Source: a virus
Taxonomy: Duplodnaviria > Caudoviricetes
Direction: 5' to 3' (one strand)
DNA length: 33,924 nucleotides
Virus record (IMG/VR): IMGVR_UViG_3300011337_000065
Coordinates: 1 to 33,924 of that record
Position numbers and translations under genes: made by a program. Of the stretch, positions 16,028 to 23,622 are shown one piece after another. The notes under the pieces were generated by a model. The model searched no databases. It saw nothing but the letters and a program-made list of their open reading frames with translations, and was not told where the DNA came from. Numbering within the stretch: position 1 is the first letter of the stretch; every line of letters begins with the position of its first letter.

Positions 16028-17308
16028 TTACTGGTTGAACAACAAGATACCAGACATTTCTGGGTTCTTGTTCACCACACCGAACAGCGTGTCCATACGG
16101 TACTTGATGGTCATGCTATCGATGTCATAGAACTTCTGCAAGACCAACTCAATGCCTTGGTCTGTGCTTGCACGCATCACTGCGACACCAGCATCAGAAG
16201 GCACTGCGTAACGGCCAGGCAAGATTTCCAAGGAATCACGCTGCCAGAACACGTTCACAGAAGCTGCGTTGACGTTCAAGAAGGTGATCGCGGCTGTGTT
16301 GGATGGAGCAGACACTTCCACGTTCTTGTACTGCAACTGAGCATCGGTGGCCACGCTTTGAGCGCCCATGATTGGAGGAGTGATCACCATAGTGGTGCTG
16401 TTGGTCACGCTCACGACACGGAATGTCTTGAGTTGGCCAGTGCTTTGCTTGGTGATGTGGTGCACAGCGTACACGCCACCGATGGTGAAGGCATCGCCTG
16501 CGGCCACGTTGGTGGTCGAGGAGACAGTCACGGTCTGGAAGCGGTTGTCCACGTTGATCTGGCCGCCCACAGCTGTGGAAGTGGCTTGAGGAGCGTAGTT
16601 CGCTTGTGTACCTGCACCGCTTGTGTCGATGGTGATTGAGCCACCACCAGCAGCAGCTGCTTGACGGTTTGCATAGTCCATCTTGTAGGTGTCGAAACCT
16701 GCGACCATGCCAACGTAGTTGCGCTCGTATGCCTTGTCAGACTTGGCATTGCCGAACGAACGGCTGGCTTGAGACAGGTTACCGGCCAGACCGTTGTAGT
16801 CACGGCTAGACAAAGCCATGAAACGATCGTAGTCAGGCACGCCTTGCTCGTTCATGAGGGCATCGCACAAGGCAACATCATCATAGTCACCAGCAGCGGC
16901 TGCGATTGGCACAACCAAAGAACCCAAGCCAGCGGCAGAGTTCATGATGGCGATGTTGATGTCGCTGGCCAGCTTTTGCTTGGCGCTTTCGCCCAAACGA
17001 CCTTCTTGCAAAGCATCGCGCAATTCGAGGGTAGTCATTTCCCAAGGAACTGTCTTGCTGAAGCCCAGAGTCGCAGGAACGGCCAACTGAGTCATGCCTT
17101 GGTAGCCAGAGATAGGCGTGCCAGGAGTGCTGTTGATCGACTGAGCGATGTAGGGCTGGGGACGCCAGATGGTGTTGTTGGCGCGTTCCATCATTGTCTG
17201 ATCTGTGTTGTAGATGTTGACATGACGAGACAAGACCAATGCGTCTTGGAAGCCTTCGAGGAGGTCTTCAAACGCAACGCGTTCTTCTTTTGAGAAACTG
17301 TTAGACAT
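16028..17308 (-). CDS. Major capsid protein (P22 coat/gp5-like)
   Basis: 426 aa. MERANNTIWRPQPYIAQS and C-terminal YRMDTLFGVVNKNPEMSGILL resemble the P22 coat protein. Follows the scaffold. Confidence 0.92.
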   Translation of the reverse strand: MSNSFSKEERVAFEDLLEGFQDALVLSRHVNIYNTDQTMMERANNTIWRPQPYIAQSINSTPGTPISGYQGMTQLAVPATLGFSKTVPWEMTTLELRDALQEGRLGESAKQKLASDINIAIMNSAAGLGSLVVPIAAAAGDYDDVALCDALMNEQGVPDYDRFMALSSRDYNGLAGNLSQASRSFGNAKSDKAYERNYVGMVAGFDTYKMDYANRQAAAAGGGSITIDTSGAGTQANYAPQATSTAVGGQINVDNRFQTVTVSSTTNVAAGDAFTIGGVYAVHHITKQSTGQLKTFRVVSVTNSTTMVITPPIMGAQSVATDAQLQYKNVEVSAPSNTAAITFLNVNAASVNVFWQRDSLEILPGRYAVPSDAGVAVMRASTDQGIELVLQKFYDIDSMTIKYRMDTLFGVVNKNPEMSGILLFNQ

Positions 17309-17325
17309 AATATTTCCTTAAAAAA

Positions 17326-18222
17326 TCATTTTGATGAAGCTGCTCGCTTCTGCGCCTTGTACTGAATGACTTTCGTCATGTTGCCAGTACGAGCCGCTTC
17401 TTCTCGCAGCCGTTCGAGGGTTGAGTCCACCGCCCCAGATACTCGGCCAGTTCCTGACACGATTCTCTCGGGTGGCGGGGCTGCCTTGCGATTGGTAACT
17501 TTCAATTCTTTCTCCAGTTTCGCTACCGCAAAGGCAAACTTTACGGGGTCTTTAATGTCGGACAGCTCTTTTGCCTTCTTCGGGTTCTTGCCGAGCGCGT
17601 AGATGACGAGCGCAGGATTATCTGCACCTTGGAGCACCACGCCTTGCTGGGTGATGTTGAACAACTCTTGGGCCACGGCCTCAGCGTCTTCAAAATCTTT
17701 GACTCTCAGCTCGGCTTTCGCCTTGCCATAGCCATCCAGTTTGGCTTGCCATGCTTTTTGCTGATTCATAACTTCAGCTTCTTGCTTGGCTTGGGCTTCA
17801 TCGGCTTGTCGCTTGCGCTCAAACCAATTGGCCAGTGCTGCCTCGAATTTGTCAGCGTCATAGTCATGTTCTTCAAGGCTTGGCTTCTTGCCCAGCACGA
17901 CCGGCTTGGTCTCAGTCTGTGCGGTGCTTTGCAGCTTGCCTTGCAGTTCACGGTTTTGCCGTTGCAATTCTCTGTTCGTCTTACGCAGCTCGCGTACCCA
18001 TTCAGGCGCGTGAGTCTGTTCTTCGGGAGGTGGCGCTTCCTCACCAATGGATACGATCACCTCGTCGCTGTCGCCTTCGTCGCCTTCGGTTGTCTGGTCA
18101 TCGCCCTGGTCGCCAATGGATTTGTACTCATTGGTGGTTTGCTCAGTGTCTTGACCTTCATCCTCAACAACGATGGTGTCATCGTCTTGGTTTTCTTCTC
18201 CTGATACTGCCTTTGTGTTCAT
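17326..18222 (-). CDS. Scaffolding protein (P22 gp8-like)
   Basis: Acidic N-terminus, coiled coils and a basic C-terminal helix-turn-helix (LERLREEAARTGNMTKVIQYKAQKR). Lies between portal and coat. Confidence 0.85.
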   Translation of the reverse strand: MNTKAVSGEENQDDDTIVVEDEGQDTEQTTNEYKSIGDQGDDQTTEGDEGDSDEVIVSIGEEAPPPEEQTHAPEWVRELRKTNRELQRQNRELQGKLQSTAQTETKPVVLGKKPSLEEHDYDADKFEAALANWFERKRQADEAQAKQEAEVMNQQKAWQAKLDGYGKAKAELRVKDFEDAEAVAQELFNITQQGVVLQGADNPALVIYALGKNPKKAKELSDIKDPVKFAFAVAKLEKELKVTNRKAAPPPERIVSGTGRVSGAVDSTLERLREEAARTGNMTKVIQYKAQKRAASSK

Positions 18223-18241
18223 CTTCTGACCCCATCAAACT

Positions 18242-18272
18242 CACCCATTAGAACGGCTGGGTGGATGCCGTT
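18242..18272 (-). promoter_or_regulatory. Predicted H-type RNA pseudoknot in the scaffold 5' leader
   Basis: mRNA AACGGC-AUC-CACCCA-GCCGUU-CUAA-UGGGUG forms two perfect interleaved 6-bp stems. Confidence 0.6.
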
Positions 18273-18296
18273 TATCACATTCTCGCTCTTTTTCAT

Positions 18297-20357
18297 TCAC
18301 CTTACAACTGGTTGAATGATCTGGCCTTGCAAAATTTCTTGCACAGCCTCTGCATTTGTAAGCGCCATGTTCTGTGCGGTCTCGTCGACCTTGCCTAAAG
18401 TCTCCAGCGTTTGAGCGCGTTTTAGTTCTGCGCTGGCCACGGTTTCGACGGTGTCGGCTCTGGCTTTGGCTGCCTTGGCAGTTGCTTCCTCGGCTGCGGC
18501 TTGCAAGTACATGGCATTCGGGTCTTGCGGCTGTCCCTGCATTTCGGCCATGAGTTCTTCTGCTTCATTGTCGGTTGGCTTGACCACACCCATGCGCAAG
18601 AGTTTCTTGCGGAAGTATGCATTGGCATCGCCAACACCTTCGCCTTCCATGTTCATCATGGCCATTGCGGTCAGCACCTGAGCTGTCTCTGGGTCTTGTG
18701 TGATTTGGAGCATGCCAGTCAAGGCGCGAACGGTTGCCTGGCGCTTGGTGCTGCTGGATGGGCCGACATCAGCGACCACATCGAAGGTGGCGCTGGTCAG
18801 ATCGTTTTCCATGACCACTTCGCCAGTTTCCTGATCGATGGTTGGCTTCATCAGCTCGACCATGCCAGCTTCGCCAGTTGCCGCGATGGTCTTCATCTTT
18901 CGCTTGTCTTCGGTGTAGATGTCGCGTGCCATCGAGAGCCAGATTTCACCGCAGCGCTTCATGCCCTTGGCAAAGTTGCTCATGTAGATGAAGGCTTGGC
19001 CATCGACTCGGGCCTGAATCATCTCCACGGCCTTGCCTGAGATGTTGCTCACCATCTTGTCTGCGCCAGCTGGATTACCCAGAATGTCCTGCATGTCGGT
19101 TTCGGTGATCTGCAAGAGCGCGGCCATTGCCGGTGGGATTGCTGCACTGCGGGTGTAGGCCACAGGGCCGCTGACTGCTTGGTTGCCGTTCTGGTCTGTG
19201 ATCGGATTGATAAGCAGGTACGGATAGTCCTTGAGGTTGTCCTCGGCCCACATGACTTGGTGGCCAGCGACCTGCTCAGGCGTGAGAATTGGCTTCTCGA
19301 CTGAGGACAAGGCGCTGATCTCGCCCAGCTTGGACAACTGCATGTTCTTGAGGCGCTGGGCATCTTTGGCCAGACGCACATGGCCCATGCATCGCTCGAC
19401 GTTATCGACAAACCAGCGTTTGCCGTAGACGACCACGATTGGGATGCACTTGCCTGCGATGTAGCCTGCGTCTTCCAGCACCTTGCCGCCCGACATGATG
19501 TACTTGTGCACGCGCTTGGTCTTGATCTTGCGCTGGCGCACTTCGACTGTGCCAACGGCTGCCAGAGTTTCCTCAAGCGTTTCATCATTGTCAAAGTCGG
19601 TCTTGGTGTAGCGTTCTTCCTCGCCTGTGATGGTTTGGAAGATGCGGATGGTCTCGGTCTTTTCCTCGACCTTGTAGTACTCGGCCACGTAGACCACATC
19701 GGGTGTGCACCAGTCGAATTCGTACTGGTGGATGATCTTTGGCCAGTCGGTCGGGTCATCGCCCCAAGTTTCTTTGTATGCCTGGCGCGTCATCGATGTG
19801 ACGACAAAGCAGAACTTGGCATCGCTCTTGTCTTGGCGCTTGGCACCAAGGTCAAAGAACACCGAGCTGTCAGCGTCAAAGATTGGCTCAATGCGGATGC
19901 GCTGGCGCTCGTCTTCTGGGTCTTCCTCGTTTTCGTAGACTGTGCGCAAGCGCCATGCACCAATGCCACCGCCAACAGCTTCCTCGAAGGCGTTGTCGTA
20001 GGCTTCATCGGCCACCGATGCCTGCTCGTCGGCTCGGTACAGGCCATCGCAGACCTCGGCCAGCTTGTCGTTTTCTTGGCCATCTTTGGACACGTAGTCC
20101 ACTGTGATGCGGTTGTTGCGGTATTCGTTGACCACTCGGATCACGGCCAGCATGATCTTGTTGACCTCGAACTTGGGTTTGTTCTCGTACTGATCCCAGA
20201 GTGGGCCTTCCCACTGGCTGCCTGCCAGAGAGTAAAAGCGCCTGTCTTGGAGGCATTGCAGGCGTTCATCGCGCAGTGCGCTTTGCACATCATCGAATTG
20301 CGCAAGGGCTTCGTCGTGCAGATTTGCAAGGCGTTGGTCGTTTGAGAGTCGGGCCAT
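18297..20357 (-). CDS. Portal protein (P22 gp1-like)
   Basis: 686 aa. DRRFYSLAGSQWEG, PKFEVNKI and GHVRLAKDAQRLKN motifs, with a long C-terminal helical barrel. Confidence 0.93.
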   Translation of the reverse strand: MARLSNDQRLANLHDEALAQFDDVQSALRDERLQCLQDRRFYSLAGSQWEGPLWDQYENKPKFEVNKIMLAVIRVVNEYRNNRITVDYVSKDGQENDKLAEVCDGLYRADEQASVADEAYDNAFEEAVGGGIGAWRLRTVYENEEDPEDERQRIRIEPIFDADSSVFFDLGAKRQDKSDAKFCFVVTSMTRQAYKETWGDDPTDWPKIIHQYEFDWCTPDVVYVAEYYKVEEKTETIRIFQTITGEEERYTKTDFDNDETLEETLAAVGTVEVRQRKIKTKRVHKYIMSGGKVLEDAGYIAGKCIPIVVVYGKRWFVDNVERCMGHVRLAKDAQRLKNMQLSKLGEISALSSVEKPILTPEQVAGHQVMWAEDNLKDYPYLLINPITDQNGNQAVSGPVAYTRSAAIPPAMAALLQITETDMQDILGNPAGADKMVSNISGKAVEMIQARVDGQAFIYMSNFAKGMKRCGEIWLSMARDIYTEDKRKMKTIAATGEAGMVELMKPTIDQETGEVVMENDLTSATFDVVADVGPSSSTKRQATVRALTGMLQITQDPETAQVLTAMAMMNMEGEGVGDANAYFRKKLLRMGVVKPTDNEAEELMAEMQGQPQDPNAMYLQAAAEEATAKAAKARADTVETVASAELKRAQTLETLGKVDETAQNMALTNAEAVQEILQGQIIQPVVR

Positions 20358-20384
20358 GTTATATCCTCATTTTGTGTGATTTTC

Positions 20385-21611
20385 TCACCATTTCTTTACA
20401 TTTGGCAATGGAGTGAATGTTGCAGGCTTTGTGATGGCCGATCGTCTCACGCCTTCGCAGGCGTAACGCAGGGCATCGATCACGTGGTTTTTCTTGTCTT
20501 CAAGCACCGGCAAGATTTTGCCGGTCAGTGGGTCTTGCTTGTAACTGTACAGCGTCAGCTCGTCAATGGTGTGGATGCACCGAGGGTGCACGACGATGTC
20601 GTAGTTCTTCAAAAACTCGATGCCTTCCTCAACCGACTTTGGCCCTTTGACCGCTGTCATGATCTTGGGAAAGCCATTCTTTTTCATGTGGCTGATCGTT
20701 TCTGGCCTTGCTGAGTCGGCCACGATTGGCCACTTCTCGGCCTCTGGCACCTGCATAAACAGCTCGGGTGTGTTCACGATCTCGCAGCCGACCATGTAGG
20801 CTTCGTAGTCAATGTAGAGCGTGCGGCCAATGATGTGGCAGCGCACCAGCGTTGTCGGGTCGACCGCGAAGCCCCAGTCTGCACCGAGCCTGTGGATTGC
20901 GTCTGGTGGTGCCTCGAAGTCCTCGACACGCCAGTTCTTGAACACTCGGGTATTGCTGTTGGTGAGGTAGCTTCCCATCCAGACATGCTGGTATTTGTCT
21001 GGGTCGCGCCTCTTGTCGTACTCCATCTCATCGCGCAGGACGCTTGGAAACCAAGGGTTGTCGGTGAAGTTGACCTTCAGGACGGTTGTGTCCTTTGGCG
21101 GTGTTGGGCCGCGCAGTAGGAAGTCGACTGGGTCGTTTTGCTGGCGCGGGTTCCATGTAAACCACAGCTCGGAGTCTGGCTTGCGGATGGTTGGCCGTAG
21201 CAGGTCGAGGCTGGTCTGGCTCAGGCTTTGAGCCTCCTCCACCCAAGCGCAGTCATAACCTTCGAGTGATTTTATGGAGTCGGCTGTGTGGTTTTGCATG
21301 CCTTGGAAGATGATCATGCCATCGCCCTTCTTGGACTTGATCACGGCTTCCTGCACCTCGAAGTACGCGCCAGCGTTCATTTGCTCGATCTTGGTTTCGA
21401 GCAGGCGCTTGACCGACTGGTTGAGAGACTTCTGGATTTCACGCACGCAGACGCTTCTGCGCTTCTGGTCAAGGATGTGGGCCTCGATCATCAGCTCGGC
21501 AAACATGTGGGATTTGCCAGAACCTCGGCCACCCCATGCGCCTTTGTATCGGCTTGGCTCCAGCAGTGGCAGCGACCACTCTGGGGTTTGGAGTTGCAGG
21601 ACTTTACCCAT
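20385..21611 (-). CDS. terL: Terminase large subunit (PBSX family)
   Basis: Walker A GGRGSGKS, Walker B WVEEA, TWNP, and nuclease motifs GADWGF and NHVIDALRYA. Confidence 0.96.
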   Translation of the reverse strand: MGKVLQLQTPEWSLPLLEPSRYKGAWGGRGSGKSHMFAELMIEAHILDQKRRSVCVREIQKSLNQSVKRLLETKIEQMNAGAYFEVQEAVIKSKKGDGMIIFQGMQNHTADSIKSLEGYDCAWVEEAQSLSQTSLDLLRPTIRKPDSELWFTWNPRQQNDPVDFLLRGPTPPKDTTVLKVNFTDNPWFPSVLRDEMEYDKRRDPDKYQHVWMGSYLTNSNTRVFKNWRVEDFEAPPDAIHRLGADWGFAVDPTTLVRCHIIGRTLYIDYEAYMVGCEIVNTPELFMQVPEAEKWPIVADSARPETISHMKKNGFPKIMTAVKGPKSVEEGIEFLKNYDIVVHPRCIHTIDELTLYSYKQDPLTGKILPVLEDKKNHVIDALRYACEGVRRSAITKPATFTPLPNVKKW

Positions 21612-22044
21612 TCTTGACGATCACTCGCTCGATCTTTGTGAATTCCAGCGGTGCACCGTCTGCGCCAGTCAGCTCATGCTTCTGGGTTTCGGCCCAGCGC
21701 ATTTGCGTCTTGCTCCACCAGATGGCTGCGGTCGTATCGCCTGCCATGACCTTCTGGAATAGGGTTTTCCCTACCTGTCCGTTGGCCTTGGCTTTTCCTG
21801 ACACCAGTTCGGTTGCGAAGTGCTTGCGCAGGGTGTCGGTGTCGATTCCATCGCGCACCAGCACTGCGATCTGCTCGATCGGCAGGCCGTAGCCGGACAG
21901 GGCTTCCACCTGTTTTCGCTCAGCATCGGTTGGCTCGAATGCTGGCCTTCCAGCGCCTGGCATTGCACCGCCAGTGCCTGGTCGAGCGCCTCCATGCTTT
22001 TTTACAACCGATTTTTCTTCAAGTTTTGGTTTTTTAGTTGCCAT
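21604..22044 (-). CDS. terS: Terminase small subunit
   Basis: GGARPG/GAGRP N-terminal motifs, an HTH region and a C-terminal HELTGADGAPL. Overlaps the terL start. Confidence 0.8.
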   Translation of the reverse strand: MATKKPKLEEKSVVKKHGGARPGTGGAMPGAGRPAFEPTDAERKQVEALSGYGLPIEQIAVLVRDGIDTDTLRKHFATELVSGKAKANGQVGKTLFQKVMAGDTTAAIWWSKTQMRWAETQKHELTGADGAPLEFTKIERVIVKNG

Positions 22045-23275
22045 TTTTTACCTCCGCGAAAGGTTTTCCGGTTTCTGCGTGAACTGCAATTTTGCCTGTG
22101 AAGTCTTGCCAGCGCTTGATAATGACATCGCAGTACTTTGTGTCGAGTTCCATCAAGTGTGCTTGGCGATTGGTCTTTTCTGCTGCGATCAGTGTGCTGC
22201 CACTTCCACCAAATAGATCGAGCACCAGCTTCACTTTGTGGTTTTCCATCGCACGTTTTGCCAAGTCTGTTGGTTTCTGCGTTGGGTGGTGTGAGTTCTT
22301 GTGGTCACGTGAAACATCCCAAACTGTCACTTCATTCGTTGGGCCATTCCAGTTTGGTGCTTTTCCTTTTTTGAATGCATAAATGCAAGGCTCATGCTTT
22401 GCTTTGTACTGAGCACCAATGGCTCCAAACTGGGCAACATTCTTGTTCCAGATAATCCAGCACCGAACTTGGTATCCAGCCTCACTGAGTCCTTCCAAAA
22501 CATCTGTGGCAAAGCGATCAGCAAACCAGAGATAAATCGGTGCATCGTCTTTCGATGCCAAATAAGCATTTTTGACGGGCAGGTCGTACATGTTCACATC
22601 GTCATCATTTTTTAGCTTATCTCGACGCTTTTCTGTGGCATGGCCTCCGTCATAGTCCACACCATAAGGCGGGTCAGTAAACACCATGTCAGCCTTTTGG
22701 CCATCCATGAGCTTGTCCACCGCATCGATGCTGGTCGAGTCACCACACATGAGTCTGTGCTTTCCCAGCACCCAAACATCGCCAAGCACAGTGACTGGTT
22801 GCTCGGGCAGCTCAGGAACTTCGTCCTCATCGGTCAGTCCAGGCTCGATCTGCTCAGGTGTCAGAGCTGCAATCTCATCGGCTGTGAAGCCAGTCAGGTC
22901 GAGGTCAAAGCCAAGATCACCGATCTCGCCAAGCTCAAGCGCCAGCATTTCATTGTCCCAGCCAGCATTCATGGCCAGTTTATTGTCGGCTAGCACGTAG
23001 GCGCGTTTCTTGGCATCTGACCAGCCTTTGGCCACCATGACAGGAACCTCGGTCATTTGCAGGCGCTGTGCGGCCAGTGTTCTACCATGACCGGCAATGA
23101 TGCTGCCATCCTCATCCACCAAGATCGGTGTTGTCCAACCCCATTCCTTGATGCTGGCAGCGATCTGGCCGACCTGCTCATCACTGTGCGTTCTGGCGTT
23201 GCGTGCATAAGGCACCAGCTTCTCAATTTTCCATCGCTCGACTTTGTCTGCGGGATTGTGGGTTTTTGTGGTCAT
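22034..23275 (-). CDS. ParB/Srx N-terminal domain fused to an N6A/N4C DNA methyltransferase (beta class)
   Basis: PYARNARTH...IIAGHGR...LADNKLA (ParB-N), then FTDPPY, HPTQKP and LDLFGGSGSTLIAAE. Confidence 0.92.
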   Translation of the reverse strand: MTTKTHNPADKVERWKIEKLVPYARNARTHSDEQVGQIAASIKEWGWTTPILVDEDGSIIAGHGRTLAAQRLQMTEVPVMVAKGWSDAKKRAYVLADNKLAMNAGWDNEMLALELGEIGDLGFDLDLTGFTADEIAALTPEQIEPGLTDEDEVPELPEQPVTVLGDVWVLGKHRLMCGDSTSIDAVDKLMDGQKADMVFTDPPYGVDYDGGHATEKRRDKLKNDDDVNMYDLPVKNAYLASKDDAPIYLWFADRFATDVLEGLSEAGYQVRCWIIWNKNVAQFGAIGAQYKAKHEPCIYAFKKGKAPNWNGPTNEVTVWDVSRDHKNSHHPTQKPTDLAKRAMENHKVKLVLDLFGGSGSTLIAAEKTNRQAHLMELDTKYCDVIIKRWQDFTGKIAVHAETGKPFAEVKNGN

Positions 23276-23454
23276 GCCTGATTGTCCTTCATGTTTTCAA
23301 TTCGCGCCAGCTTCATGGCATCTTTTAAATCAAGCCTGAGTTGCTCGTTCGCGGCCTGTTCATCTTGAAGTCGGATGTAGACCTCGGTTGCAAACTTGGC
23401 CAGCGTGTCATGTTGCCAGGTGGCAAAGTTTGGGGTTTCTCTTTGTTTGGTCAT
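23272..23454 (-). CDS. Hypothetical 60-aa coiled-coil protein
   Basis: ORF with an ATGA overlap to the methyltransferase gene. Confidence 0.65.
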   Translation of the reverse strand: MTKQRETPNFATWQHDTLAKFATEVYIRLQDEQAANEQLRLDLKDAMKLARIENMKDNQA

Positions 23455-23475
23455 GTTAGTAATTGCTCACATTTT

Positions 23476-23622
23476 TGTGGATAACTTTTCCCGAATTTTC
23501 CGCATCCAGTTGCCCCTACCTGCCCCTAGCCTATAGGCTTTAGGGGCGGGGCGGGGCGATTTAACTGGCTTTTGCCCCTAATCCCTTAAAACCCCTAGGG
23601 GCAGTCAGGGGCATTTAGGGGC
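23476..23622. repeat. Probable replication origin: GCCCCTA/TAGGGGC iterons plus DnaA box
   Basis: TGCCCCTA at 23511, 23521 and 23573. TAGGGGC at 23541, 23596 and 23616. CAGGGGC at 23606. TGTGGATAA at 23476-23484. Confidence 0.7.

Noticed and set aside
15974-16030. Programmed frameshift or read-through extension of the coat protein
   Set aside because: There is no obvious slippery site at the coat 3' end. The stop is followed by a terminator hairpin, and the next ORF has its own RBS.
22880-23275. ParB domain as a plasmid partition system
   Set aside because: It is fused to a methyltransferase and lacks the ParB HTH/dimerisation region, and no ParA-type ATPase is visible.
23455-23470. Imperfect palindrome GTTAGTAATTGCTCAC upstream of the 60-aa gene
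   Set aside because: It has two mismatched pairs and I found only one copy, so there is not enough support to call it an operator.
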